A stretch of DNA of 57,807 nucleotides, the filler included, from Trypethelium eluteriae (taxonomy: Eukaryota): NCBI GenBank assembly GCA_051942245.1. It is 4 parts of 4 records of this genome, joined end to end, with 100 filler letters (N's around TTAATTAATTAA, not from the genome) between each part and the next. Parts side by side here need not be neighbours in the genome. Positions count along the whole stretch, not along the records: positions 14,520 to 28,904 come from JAVECL010000691.1; positions 29,005 to 43,367 come from JAVECL010000692.1; 2 more parts are not named here. One strand, given 5' to 3'. Below are positions 21,510 to 34,743 of this stretch, piece after piece. Under the pieces are notes generated by a model, which saw nothing but the letters and a program-made list of their open reading frames with translations, searched no databases and was not told the DNA's origin. Both the position numbers and the translations under genes were made by a program. The first letter of the stretch is position 1, and each line of letters starts with the position of its first letter.

Positions 21510-23853
21510 ATGATACCTGGTAAGTTTTCTACGGACTGAATGATTCTTATAGAGGTCCGTCTACTAATTGGTAGGCGATAGCAAGCACTGGGAGCACAGA
21601 CCGGACAAAATGGCGTCTCTTGGATGAGAAGGGGAGACATACATGGCATTACCTTCAATCAAACGAAGAAATCAAGAAGTGGCCCCAGAGTACGGCAGAT
21701 AAATATTTCTTGGGTTTACCCACCGTATGCCGGACCAAAGCTTCCGTACCTATAGAATAGCAAAATGTCTGACACCTGGCCTAGGAACTTCCCGATCTCC
21801 CTTCGACAAAGACTGCACTCGACTCCGTCCGCAATGGCCTATCCTTCTTCTCCAATCTACAATTGCCAGCAGGTCACTGGGGCTGCGAGTATGGTGGGCC
21901 CCTATTTCTCCTCCCAGGTCTCGTTGTAACGTGGTACGTCACGGAGACACCGATACCAGCATCCCACAGCGCCGCAATCAGAGATTATCTTTCCGCGAGA
22001 CAAAATAAAGATGGAGGATGGGGGCTCCACATTGAGGGAGAAAGCTCTGTGTTTGGAACGGCCATGAATTACACTACGATGCGGATATGCGGTGCTAGTG
22101 CAGAAGAACCACGAATGGTCAAGGCAAGAGGACTGCTTCATCAGATGGGCGGTGCAGTCAATGGACCACATTGGGCAAAGTTCTGGCTCAGCGTTCTAGG
22201 TGTATGCCAGTGGGATATCGTCAATCCCGTTCCACCAGAACTATGGCTACTTCCCGACTGGGTACCCATTGCACCATGGCGATGGTGGATCCACATGCGT
22301 CAAGTCTTCCTTCCCATGTCCTACATCTACAGCCGACGCTTCTCCTACCCCGCAAACGCACTTACCAAATCCCTCCGCCAAGAACTCTTCACCGAACCCT
22401 ACGATTCCATCAACTTCTCCTCTCATCGCAACTCCATCTCTCCCCGCGACAACTACCACCCCAAATCCCTCCTCCTCAACACCATCAACCTCGCCCTCGT
22501 CCAGCTCTGGAACCCCTACCTCCGCCCGCTCCTCCCCTCCCTCGCCTCGCGCGCCGAATCCCACACCTTCGACCTCATCCGGCGCGAAGACGAGAACACC
22601 GCGTACGCGAACCTCGGGCCCGTCAACGGACCCATGAACTTCCTCGCCTGCTACATCCACGACGGCGCCGACGCCGAGAGCGTGCGTCTGCACCGGGAGC
22701 GGATGGCGGATTTTCTTTGGGTCAAGGACGAGGGCATGTTGATGAACGGCACCAATGGTGTGCAGTGCTGGGACACGAGCTTCTTGATCCAGGCGGTGTG
22801 CGAGGCGCGGCTGGCGGATGATCCGAGGTGGCGGCCGATGCTGCTGAAGGCGTTGGGCTTCTTGGAGGAGCATCAGATTGGGGAGGATTGTCCGGAGATG
22901 GAGGTGTGCTATCGGCATCCGAGGAAGGGCGCTTGGGGATTTAGTACGAGAGATCAGGGGTATACGGTTAGTGATTGTACGTCCGAGGGGCTGAAGGCGG
23001 TGTTGATGTTGCAGAGGTATCCTGGTGGGAACTTCCCGACGTTGATCGGGGATGAGAGGGTGAAGAGTGCAGTTGATGTGCTGCTGACGATGCAGAACGC
23101 GAGTGGTGGGTGTAGCAGCTATGAGCCTACACGAGGAGGTGAGTGGTTGGAATATCTGAATGCTGCGGAGGTCTTCGGGAGGATCATGGTCGAGTATGAT
23201 TATCCGGAGTGTACAACTGCGGTGGTAACGGCTTTGAAGCTGTTCCAGAAATACTATCCAGACTACAGACGGGATGACATAGAGAGTTTTATTGGCAGAG
23301 CGCTTGCCTACATTCGGAAAGCACAACGACAAGATGGCAGCTGGTATGGTAGCTGGGGTATATGTTTTACGTACGCTGGTATGTTCGCGCTCGAGTCTCT
23401 CGCCTCAGTTGGTGAAACGTACGCAAATAGCGAGCGCGTTCGGAGAGGGTGCCAATTCTTCCTTGATCGCCAAATGGCAGATGGAGGCTGGGGTGAGAGC
23501 TACCGCAGCTGCGAGACAGGAGAGTGGGCGCAGCATGAGAAAAGTCAGGTGGTACAGACGGCGTGGGTATGTATTGCCCTGATGGAAGCAGGCTACCCCA
23601 GTAGGGCACCAATCGAAAAGGCACTGAGGATGGTAGTGGGAAGGCAGCAAAAAAATGGAGAGTGGCTGCAGGAGGCGATTGAGGGAGTATTCAATAAAAG
23701 CTGGCAAGTAATATGGGCATGCTATAATCCTCGACCCGCGAACGGTGCTAATTGAGGAATAGCATGATTTCATACCCCAATTACAAATTCATCTTTCCCA
23801 TCAAAGCGCTTGGCATGTTCGCCAACAGGTACGGCGATCTGGAACTTGTTTAA
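21510..23853 (+). CDS. ERG7: Lanosterol synthase (oxidosqualene cyclase)
   Basis: WRL..GRHTWHY, YGGPLF, MNGTNG, catalytic SDCTSE, QW repeats ([21 protein letters not shown]) and GVFNKSCMISYPNY. Introns at 21520-21581, about 21725-21784, and GC-AG 23704-23762. Confidence 0.97.
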
Positions 23854-24492
23854 TCAATTGCCTTTACAAAAGTTTTTGTTTTGGGAAGTTCTTAGTAAGG
23901 CATTTCGAGAGAAGCGCCTGAAGCGTAAGGTGCACGAGCTGCTCACTCAAATCATCGCATACAAGATCTAATAGAGAAGAGCATGTTGTATTATGGTCAT
24001 AGTTCACGGAGCGGATCGTGCTGAGGTTCATATTTCAGTCGTTAGGGCTGATGCAAAGCTGAACGCTGGCATTGTACACTATGTAATATTGCACAACATA
24101 CTGATCAAAAGAATGAAAAAACCCCTCCTTGAATGTATCAGGACGCGCAGGATGTTGATAACCGAAGAAGTGCATGGAGCCACAGATGGTACTGGCGGAG
24201 TCCAAAGATATGACAATCGCTACCGAGCCTGAGAGATTTCTAGGAATCAGAAAATCGATATGCTGTGGGTCTAGAGTCCGGAGTAACTAGGTACCTCATA
24301 GTGAAAGAGGGATTGCCAGAAACGGAAGTTTAAGTGCACAGCTCACGTGCTGACGCGCGAGGTTCGTCAATGCAACTTGTAGCGCGTCTTTAGCCGTGGA
24401 GCGCTAGACAATGGCTCCAAAGCCAAGTCACTCTCACAGCATTTCATTCTACACAACTTTACCGCATTGTTACATCATTAAGTCAGGCAACG

Positions 24493-27400
24493 ATGGCATC
24501 TCTAGGGGACAGCCTGAACAGCCAGGCATTTCATCCCATCAATAGCACCCTTGACAGGGTTGAGGTCAGTGCATTTAAGCTTTACATGGGTCTCGCGGCG
24601 ACCGGGAAGGAATTCCGCCATGATTCGTGCTTCTGTTGACTAACGCCACCTTTGAAGACAACGACGCGCGAAACTCCGACTGAGGAATCCTCCATCGACA
24701 GCTACGGGAGAAACGTCAGAGAAAAATTTAAAATTGGCGAGGAGCTTCATCATTGGAAAGCTCGCGCACGCTTCCACCCCCAATACCTTGCAAGACGTCA
24801 ATATGCAAACAATGACCGACCCACGAATCTGAAAAATTCCAAGTCCTTTTCGGACATGCCCACAATGATGAAAGCACCGCCGTCGCAAAATGCTAGGATG
24901 TTGCCTCAAGCTGCCTCCTTTGGGGGGTTTTCTCTTGACTGTGGTGGAGATACCCAAATTGGAAACACGCAGATCTATGAGAAGGTTACTAACATCAGAA
25001 AGTCTATTGTCAATCCCGTGCAAGAGCCAAGAGTCCAAGGTACGAGGGACAGTGAAGATGATACTACACTACATACCGTTGTTGAAGGGCAGGCTGGACA
25101 TATAAATCTTATTGGGGGATGGGGCCAAGACCACCACAGCCAGGAGGGCCACTCGGACCTAATTCACAGCTCAAGCGAGGATGAATTGAGTCAGCAAAGC
25201 CAATTCCATGTCAAAAAGCCCTCGTCAGATACTCTGGCTCCGAAGACACCAGTTGTAGCCGGTTCGAAACGTAATTATTGTGGCGAGATTGTCAGCTCCA
25301 CCTCTGCGAAAACACCGGGAACTAATTTGACTGCTGTCTTTGGCAAGCGAGACGATGCCGGTCCCGACATGTCCATGAGCCAAATGTTCAATGCAACGCA
25401 AGCTCGATCGTCCCCACTGCCAGAAGGTCTGCGATCGGATCCCGTCTTCCAGCGTCCCTCTCCCAACATCGAGACCTATCGGCATTCCTCTCCCATTGCC
25501 CCGACGTCTTCCCCGACTAAAGACATGCGAAGCGATTTTAGTCGAGCCGTCACGGAGCCGAGAGAGTTTTATTTAACCATGCAAGAGTCTCAAAAACGGC
25601 GGGAAATGCGGAGGCAAAAGAAAGAGGAAGAAGAGCGACGTCTGCGGTCGAATATTCCTGGCCATATGGATGATGGATGTGATGATGACTTTGACGATAT
25701 GGGTATGGGTCCAATACAACAGGATCATGCAGGCAAGGCCAAGAGTACGGCTCTGAAGAAATTGAACGAAATCGCTGGATCGAAATCTGGACACTCCATT
25801 AAGTCCTTGGGAAGAAAGAGACGTGAATTGAGTAGTAGTGCGCACAGTGCTCCGGCTCGACGAAGCGAAAAATCGGGAGTTTTGGTGGAAATTTCGGATG
25901 ATGGGCGGTCGGATGATGATGAGGAAGATGTTGTATCAAATGACGAATACGATGAGCTGAGCCAAGACGTGCGGAAGAGTCAGGCACAGTACGAACAGGA
26001 TGAGGCAGTCGAGTTAGCAGGTCCGACAATGCAAATCTCTGCGAAGCAGAATGGCCGCGATATGCAAATTGCCGACTCCAGTCCATCTTCGCAACGTACG
26101 AAAGCTATGCAAATGCGGATGGCCACTGCAGAGGGGAAGCTACAAGTTGCAGGCTCGCAGCAAAGTAATGATCCGAGCTCCGAACACAGATCTACTCGAC
26201 CGAATGGAAGCACGCAATCTGGCGTTGTTGCAGATTCCCAGCCGACAAATCCTGAAGAACCTGTACAGGTCTCTTCACAATCCCTACCAAGAGCATCCAC
26301 ACCGAAGTCACAGCCGATGGACTCAGAGATTCGATCATGGACACCAACACGCAGGAATAAGGTACGTACTGGGGTTGGTAATTCTTCGCCTCCTGCACTT
26401 CCTAGTACCGCCAGCCATTCAGTGCACAACGGAGGAGGCGAAGAAGCGATTCCTAGAAGTACACCATCTGTTCCAGCGTTCCAAGAGGTCGAGGTATTCC
26501 CTGGATACAGTCTGGAAAATGGTGCACTTGAAACTCCCTCCAACCATGGAATCTGTGGAGAGCTTGTCGCTGAGACTGTTGCACCTGGCCATTCGGGAGT
26601 AAAAGGCATTCATCAGGGCGATCCACCTGCGAGCGGACCCCAGGGAAAGACGTTTACCAAGAATACGAAAGATAACGACGTTACATCTCCAGCTTCAGCA
26701 ATACCTGAGACTGATCCTGTTGAACTTCCATCCACACCCAGCCGAGAGGTGACATCTCAGACTCGAGCTCGCAATGATAGGCCTGCAGACACAGCCGCAG
26801 CGTCTGCAACTCCCTCAAGGAGCACGGCGGCGTATGATACAGCCCGATCGCACCTATCACCTCTGTTAAGGACGCCTTATAGTAGCCAACGCTCAGTGTC
26901 CTTCAAGGGTAGCCCTGGTGCTCGTAGGACAAGGAAGCTTACGGACATTGCGGCAGACCCTACACCACCGCATGCAAATACACAGGTGGACCTTGATGAC
27001 CTGGACCCTATCGCGGCTGAAGATGAATTTTTCAAAGTCATAAATCCTAAGTCGCCCAGCAAACGCGCAAAGAGGCGAAGGGTCGATCGGACAAATCCAG
27101 CAGCAGGTTCTCACCACTCTTCAGACACCAGTTTGACAAAGTCTACAGCTAGAGAGAACGGCAGAGATTCACCATCAAAGAATCAGGAGATTTCGCTGAG
27201 ACAAACGTCGGATGAGACAATAACCAAACAAACACAGGCAAACGCTCAAGCTGCGGTTCAGCCACGCACAATAACAAAGGCTAAAATCCCGTCAGACACC
27301 GAAACACACATCAGGAAGAGCGGTCGAGCTTTGAAGCCAGCCCCAAAACTTCGCGATCAACTGCAGGCCGTCAATCTGCAATCCTCCAGCAGCCCCGTCA

Positions 27401-28904
27401 GAAATAACGACCTTCCAGAAATTGATGACAGTGCTTCAGCACATTCAATCAGTGAAGATACAGTTATAGCCCAGGAGATGCGTAGTATTACCAAAAACCA
27501 GAACGTGGTTGCTAAAAAAGGCCAGACTTTACTAAAGATAAAAGTTCCTAAGGGCGATCGGCTCGAACAGCAAGCGAAGGCAGCGGATGCGATGGAAGTC
27601 GATGACCCAACTGAAGATTCCGACCTTTCTTCTATTGCATCAAGCCAGCTATCATTGCCTCTTATCAGCCCGGCGGCTAATGTTACCGAAGAAGCGCGTG
27701 AAGTAGCTCCAAATCGAGTTCTAGCTCTTTGTAAATGGGGAACTTGGGCTTATTGGCCTTCCCTGTACGTTGGTCCTTCGCCGTCTGGCGAGGGGAAGTA
27801 CCAGATTCGCTTCGATGATGGGAGTATTGATTCAAAACTGGACGCAAGAGACGTCAAGCCCCTGAAGCTACGCAAAGGGGATCAAGTCAAGGTTGATCTT
27901 CAAGACATGCGCAAGCAAATATACATCGTACAAGGTTTTGAGAACAAGGTGGGGCCCTCGGATATCGAGGATGTCGCTACAGACGTGTTTGGATTTCAGA
28001 CTGTGATCCTCTTACAGAAGAAACGTGATAGCACTGCGAAGGAACGATCATCTAGCGTGGCAGTCTCTGTCCCTATAAAGGACATCTATCTCCCAAGGAC
28101 ATTCTGGACTAATTTCCAGGGTGGCGAATTTAAGCCTCCGTCAACACTCCCATCGATCCAACGAACCCGCGATCAGACGCCTAGTATAGCATCAGATTCT
28201 CGTCCGTCAACTCCCTCTTCCCGAACCCGCCGCCAGACGTACACCAGCTTCGGAATCAAGCAAGGCCAGAAAGACGGCCCCCCTCGCTCTGACTCCCTCT
28301 CCCCTCAAACCTCCGGCGTTTTCTCCAACATGGCCTTCGCCGTAACCTTCATCGACAACTCCTCGGAAAGAGACCGCATGATGGGCCTGGTCCATCGAAA
28401 CGGCGGCCTCATCCTTCCCGACGGCTTTGACGAGCTCTTCTCCATCACTCCCACCGACCCTACTCCCCCAGTCGCCTCATCCCTCACCCTAAAGCCTCAA
28501 TACCAGAACCTCGGCTTCACCGCCCTCCTCACAGACCGCCACTCCCGCAGCGCCAAATACATGCAAGCCCTCGCCCTCCACCTCCCCATCCTCTCCGCCC
28601 GCTGGGTCGACGACACCCTCGACTCCGGCTCTCCCTCGCCCATCCCCTACGCCCCGTACCTGCTCCCAGCGGGAGAGTCGAAGTCGCTCGGCGCGGTCCG
28701 CAGCCTGGTGCTCCCGGGCTTGGACTTCGAGAACCCGGCGGCGACGCAGCTGTCGCAGATTCTCTCGGCGGGCGGACGCACCAAGAACGGCAACGGGACT
28801 GCCGACGGGAGCGGGAATCGGCTCCTTGGTGGCAAGAAGGTGTTGCTGGTTTCTGCGGGAGCGGTGTCAATGGGAAGGAAGGGGAAGGGGAAGGCGGGGA
28901 AGGA
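24493..28904 (+). CDS. RAD9: DNA damage checkpoint adaptor Rad9/Crb2-like (Tudor + BRCT), 3' end lost in the gap
   Basis: Long disordered N-terminus with many SQ/TQ sites, Tudor-like APNRVLAL..YWP..IRFDDG..LRKGDQVKV, and BRCT-like FSNMAFAVT..GG.IL..HSRSAKYMQALAL.LP.LS.RWV. Short first exon from ATG 24493 spliced to 24658. Confidence 0.85.
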
Positions 28905-29004
28905 NNNNNNNNNNNNNNNNNNNNNNNNNNNNNNNNNNNNNNNNNNNNTTAATTAATTAANNNNNNNNNNNNNNNNNNNNNNNNNNNNNNNNNNNNNNNN
29001 NNNN
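28905..29004. other. Artificial assembly spacer
   Basis: N44-TTAATTAATTAA-N44. Confidence 0.98.
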
Positions 29005-29259
29005 GTCAGGAGGGGTTCGAGAGTGATCTTGATCGGTGAGTGTGGTCCGTTGTGGGGGGGATTTGGTGTTGAGGTGGACTGGAGTGGGTTGAATGCTGAC
29101 ATTTGTGGGTACTGTAGGAAGAAAGCGGAGCAAGCACCCTTGCGAGAGGCGGTACAGCAGGAGAGACAGAAGAATGTGGATGTTGGGGGCGTGCTGGGAC
29201 AGAGGGGTGGGCCGGCGAACCCAGTGGATCAGGACAATTACCCTAATACATCATCCTAA
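29005..29259 (+). CDS. Probable 3' end of a gene cut by the gap, identity unknown
   Basis: An apparent GTGAGT..GCTGAC..TAG intron is followed by KKAEQAPLREAVQQERQKNVDVGGVLGQRGGPANPVDQDNYPNTSS*. Confidence 0.4.
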   Translation, partial: VRRGSRVILIGECGPLWGGFGVEVDWSGLNADICGYCRKKAEQAPLREAVQQERQKNVDVGGVLGQRGGPANPVDQDNYPNTSS

Positions 29260-29586
29260 GGGTAGCAGGAGAGGTCATTTATTCACGTACGCAACTTGAC
29301 ATTGTGGAACAAAGATAATCGATGCGCAGGATACCCTTGAAAACTACACTACTTATTTCATATGGTATTCAACTAATCAGATAGTAATTGACGCTAGATA
29401 AACTAACGATTTTTCTTGATTCAGTATTGTGAGGACATAATCCAGATAATCTATCGCTACGAGGACATCATGATCACATATAGATAAAGAAAAAACATCC
29501 AGAAGCCGACGCCTCGCGCTACGTAGCCTAGTGATTCTATCCTTTTTTTGATCTATCATCAGGCCTCAACCCAGGAATATCTCGAC

Positions 29587-31033
29587 TTACGTCGAAGACA
29601 CCCCATTGACGACCCCATTCTGTATCTTCGACACCACCACCGCCTTCTCCAACGCCTGCAGCACATCCGCCTTCAAATCCTCCGCATCCTCCACCCCACA
29701 ACTCACCCTCACCAAATCATCAAACACGCCGGCCGCCTCCCTCTGCTCCCTCGGAATCCCCGCATGCGTCATACTCCCCGGCACCTCGACAAGACTCTCC
29801 ACACCCCCCAAGCTCTCCGCCAGCGTAAAAATCCTCGTCGCCTGACAAAACCGCTCGGCAGCCTCCTTCCCGCCCTTCAGCCGGAAACTCAGCATGCCGC
29901 CGCCCATGCCGTCGCGATGCTGCTTCTGCGCGATCGCGCGGTGCGGATGCGACGCCAGCCCAGGGTAGTTGACGGCGATGACGTGCGGCGAGGCGTCGAG
30001 GGCGTGCGCGACGGCGAGTCCGTTGCGCGAGGCTTCGCGCGCGCGCAGGTGCAGCGTCTTCAGGCCGCGGTGCGCGAGCCAGCAGTCGAAGGCGGAGGGG
30101 ACGGCGCCGATGGCGTTTTGGAGGAAGGAGAGCCGGGTGTGAAGGGTGGGTGAGTTGAAGGCGGCGGCGCCCATGAGGACGTCCTGGTTGGAGCACTCGG
30201 TTAGCGAGATGGTCAAAGTGTGGGGGTGGACGCAAGGCGATAGGAGAGGAGGGAAATAATTACCGAGTGGCCGTTGATGTACTTCGTCACCGAGTGCACC
30301 ACGATGTCCGCGCCGTGGTCGAGCGGATTCTGGATGTAGGGACTGAGAAATGTGTTGTCTACCACCACCATGATGCCATGCTGATGCGCTATCCGCGCGA
30401 CTGCTCGAATATCAACGAGACTGAGGGTGGGATTGCTAGGGCTTTCGATCCAGATCAGTTTTGTCTCGTTCGGCCGTATCAAGCCCTCGACATCGACCTC
30501 AATGCTGGGAGAGAAGGTGACTTGTACACCGTGCGCCGATGCGACTTTTGTAAAATAGCGATGGGTGCCGCCGTAGACATCAGACACTGAGACAACGTGA
30601 GACCCGGCGGCGAGCGATTGGAGAATGGTCGCGGTCGTTGCTGAGCCAGATGCAAAGGCGAGCGCAAAGCGTGCGTGCTCCAATGCTGCCACGGCTGCTT
30701 CGAAGTTTTCTCTGCACAACATTTAGTTGGCGTGTACATTTGGCCTAGGGGCAGTGTACTTTGACACACCTGTTTGGATTAGAGCTCCTTATGTACTCAT
30801 GCTTGCCCACCGGCTTGCCGACCGAAGTCTGCGCAAATGTTGTCGATAGTGAGATCTCCTGGCTGTTAGTGAATGAAACGAGACGAAAGGGGAAGCGAAT
30901 TGCGCACAGATTCGATGACAGCGCCCGTCACCGGATCATGAGGAGCACCTGCGTGAACAGCCAATGTACCGAAACGATGGACTGGAGAAGGAGCTCGCGG
31001 TGGTGTATTGATTGGGTGCTCAAAATCAGCCAT
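29587..31033 (-). CDS. CYS3: Cystathionine gamma-lyase (PLP-dependent, Cys/Met metabolism)
   Basis: FGTLAVHAG, EYIRSSNPNR, ESPSNP, VVVDNTF, HSVTKYINGHSDV (PLP lysine), LAESLGGVESL and LVRVSCGVE. Three introns. Confidence 0.95.
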
Positions 31034-31682
31034 TTTGGAGATAAGGAAATTCTTTGTGTAGTATGTGCGGTCAAATGGAAGTTGAAAGGTAGAACCTAAG
31101 GTAAGAGAATGGTAGATGTTGCCGCTAACGAACCCCCAGCGCAAATTTCGGAAGGAATAGGATGGTGAATACTTGACATCATGGCGTGGTTGTACATCTT
31201 TCTTATAGGCGTGGTGTTGAGGGACGGGATATTTTATCTATGATTCAGTAATGCGGCGGAGTTTAGAAATCAGCGCAGGCAGGGATCTTGGTTGCAAGCC
31301 ACATGTCAGCAAGCTTCGAGATTGGTTCTTTGAAGATTATTTCTTCGATACCGTAAATAGACAGATCACACAGCACGCCATTTCCGGCATTGATCACAAG
31401 ATTTACAGGCCTTCAAAACCGAGCCGAGCACCAGCTTAACCGGCATTTTGCCTCCACAGCTCGGAGGGTTCTCGAAGCAAAAATTTCGAAAATCTTGGCG
31501 CTTAGTCAGGGGCCTCAATGGCAAGACTTCGGTGGGAGTGTTGAATAACGAGTTGTAGTATGAGCTGCCTATGTAGGTATTATAGCAAGATCCTATGTAT
31601 TGTTGCACTTTATAGCCTGGGACTCTCCCAGCAAGATCGTAACCCTTGTATGCACCATCAATATCGTTGCGTCCACCCTTCC

Positions 31683-32920
31683 TCAGATGTCATCGTCAGA
31701 AATTTCCTCCATCGAATCGTATTCCTCCGCCAGCACGCACAGGTCCTCCCCCTTCACCGTCCACGGCAGCTCCGAGTGACCAGGTGAGCAGAACGTTAAG
31801 GCTCGATATCCGTCCTTGGCGTCAGTTGGCTGGCGCGCCTGATTGGGCAGCAAATCATTCTTGATAGTTTTCGCGGCCGCTTTCAAGACAGTTGAGAGGT
31901 TACTTTCGAGTGTTTGGATGTTCGACTCGTTTGACTTCATGCCTATAAGCTCCAAGTGAGCCGAGATCCCCGTTTTGATTGAACAATTGGCTTTGGCGAG
32001 GTCGTGGTACAATCGAGCGTACCCCGGGGCTAGGCGTGAACCTTCTCCAGTCTCTATTCGATCTGAAAGCCACTGTCGGAAGAATGAGACCGCGATATAA
32101 GACCAATGATCCTTCGGCTTAGGCTGTATTGTCCAGAGACTCCGCTCGGCGTTTTGAAGTGATTTGACGAAAATGTTGCGACGTCGACGTAGCAGACACC
32201 GTGCATGATCATCGAAGAATTCACCCAATTGCTCAAAATAAGCAACCCGGCTTCTGCCTAGAAGATGTGTCGCAGCTTCTCTGTAGAGCCATTCGCATTG
32301 GAGCGCGAGTGCCAGCCCAATCATATCCCCAGGCTCGCGAGCGCACTCGTCTACGACCGAGTCTTGGGCATAGAGCAACTCTCTGTCAATTGCCTGAGTT
32401 GCCAGAGTCTCGCAGTCATACATGTCTGCGATATCGACCAGCTCCATAATCTTGACCCTGGTGTTGGGGCAAAAATGGCAAAGGTCCCATTTGAGCGGAA
32501 TATGATAGAACAGACCGAGGAGTTCCCGGTGCGCGGACACGATGCTGCGTCCTCTCTCAGCTTCGTCAGTGTTTGGGGCGGATTCATCGTAGAGTTTATC
32601 TGATGAAACACCGTTTTCGTTCTGAAAGTAAGGATCGTCAGCTTTGCCGAGGCCTTGGTCTGGAAAATTGCCTTACGTACCACACGCGTAAGGATGGCTC
32701 CATAAACAAGATCTTTATCAAGTCTGAGCTCGTACTCCCAGGAAGGCTTTGACGAACACGCCGATGGCTCGTTCCACCGATTGCTGAGCGAGGCTTTGAA
32801 GAAGGACGAGTGCAGTGCCAGGACGAAACTGTGCACCTTAAATACGTCGGAGTCAGCCTTTGAGAGTCGGATCTTTACGTCACCATCAGGAAAGCGCGGG
32901 AACGTGGTATCCATTGCCAT
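31683..32920 (-). CDS. Fungal BTB/POZ-domain protein; 2 exons
   Basis: FPDGDVKIRL..FKVHSFVLALHSSFFKASLS..W, then ADMYDC and WLYREAATHL. An intron at about 32623-32679 joins ORFs 32351-32920 and 31683-32540. Confidence 0.8.
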
Positions 32921-33259
32921 AGCTCCGGAGGAGGGGGATGAGAAGGAAGATGAGGCCGTGCAGAAGAGTCAAACGGAGGCGGCCGAACTTTTTCGCTGGG
33001 AGGCCCGTGGACCTTCCGGATGAGAAAAGTGAGGAACGGTAGGATAGATGCATTTGGCGACTCCCGTTCTCGGTGAGTCACTATCTACTCCTGTGTACAC
33101 AACACTGGTCACAGAGCGAGAGCAAGTGTTCGAGAAAATTCATGGCACAACCATATAGACGTGTTACCTGTACCGTTCGGGAAGAAACTCGAATTGTAAA
33201 GATCTGTGTCTAGCTCATGGGTCCTTCATCAAAGCTAGAGTACATAATTCCCAGTGCGC

Positions 33260-34005
33260 CTATTTCAACGGAATAAAACGCGAAGAGTGGGTGGCACCAA
33301 TACCTGGCCGACCATGCTTCACGGGTTTGCTACAGTCATGTCAGTCTCTGTACAGTCAGAACTTTCACGTTGAGGACCTTACTATGAGATGGAGAACTCT
33401 GCGAGATAGTGCCCAACCATTTCCGGCTTGATCTCCACCTGGTTGAATTCCTTGCCTGAGTAAATACCAATGACACTGCCAATCATCTCCGGCACGACAA
33501 TCATATCCCGCAAATGTGTTTTGACGGAGTCCGGCTTCTCGTTGGGCTTGGCCTCTTGTTTTGCCTTCCTCAGCTTTTTGATTAATCCCATAGGCTTCCG
33601 CTTCAGCCCTCGATTGAACCGGCGACGGGCGCGAGCATGGACGACATCACGTAATTGCTCGGATGACAGGTCGAGGAGTCTGAAGAGATTTCTTAGCTAT
33701 CCGATAATCTTGCGCTTCATATGCGCCGGGCTCCGTGCTACGTACTGGTCGAGGTCGATGCCACGATATTGGAATTTTCGGAAGGCTCTCCTCTTCTTGA
33801 GCTCTATAGAAAAATCGAGTGTCAGTGTTTGTGTGATCGCGTAGGGCAGATCCAAGGGGCGTGAGGGCAAATGCGGAGATTGATACAGTGGAGAGGTAAT
33901 TCATACCAGCGGCTTCTTCAGCGTTCTATAGCATTACAATATTAGCTCAAACGTCAAGACGGGTAACTTAGTCAACTTAGAACTCACGTATTCCTGGTCG
34001 GCCAT
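33260..34005 (-). CDS. RPS15: 40S ribosomal protein S15 (uS19)
   Basis: [64 protein letters not shown]; multiple introns. Confidence 0.97.
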
Positions 34006-34743
34006 GATTGATGATGGTCGCAGTCGCTCAAGCGATGAACGTTGATATGTTCGTCCTTACTAGGTTGAGGGTGTGGCTCGCTTAGCAAGTGGGTTGGCAT
34101 CGCATAAACGTTGATGCGGATCCCGAGGTACCTATCCTCAGTGCCTCCCTCCCGCAGCACCCGCCCATCCTTTGTGTCTTTGTACCTTGATCGGTACATG
34201 TACCGACTCATCTGTTGCACAAAATTCATCCTTTACGGTGGTCCCTACATGCATATCAACTCTCCGGATAAATGTGTCGAATGCGTGAATTTTGTTGGAT
34301 TTGCATGAGGCTCTTTTCATAGAAGGCCACAGAACCAAAAGACTATGTTGCTCTACTCATCGTGAGCCTATTATAGGGTCTCCTGAAAGAACCAAGGATG
34401 GATGATAAGGATACATACCTTACCTCACTAAACGGCGACCCCTCAACGGGCAGCGTGGGCGATTCCCTACACCTCACGATTCCCCTCTTGCCAGGCGTCA
34501 CCTGATGTCAGGCCTCAAACCTAAAGTACTTAAGCTCTAAGTCTAAGCGGCATGATTTAGTAAGGAATTATTCCGGCTCGTAACCGATATTATCCGCAGA
34601 CTTAGAGGTCTACCAGCTGTCTAGCAATACTGGCGTGTCAACAGACATTATCAATATCTCTAGCTAGTACTTCTTCCATCTTGTGTTTACCTTTCTTAGC
34701 ACTACTTTCATTTATCCCTCGGACATTCTAGTACAGGGATATC

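Noticed and set aside
22171..23332. Long alternative-frame and antisense ORFs over ERG7 (also over CYS3 and 42597-43415)
   Set aside because: Shadow ORFs caused by GC-rich, skewed codon usage; the translations are low complexity.
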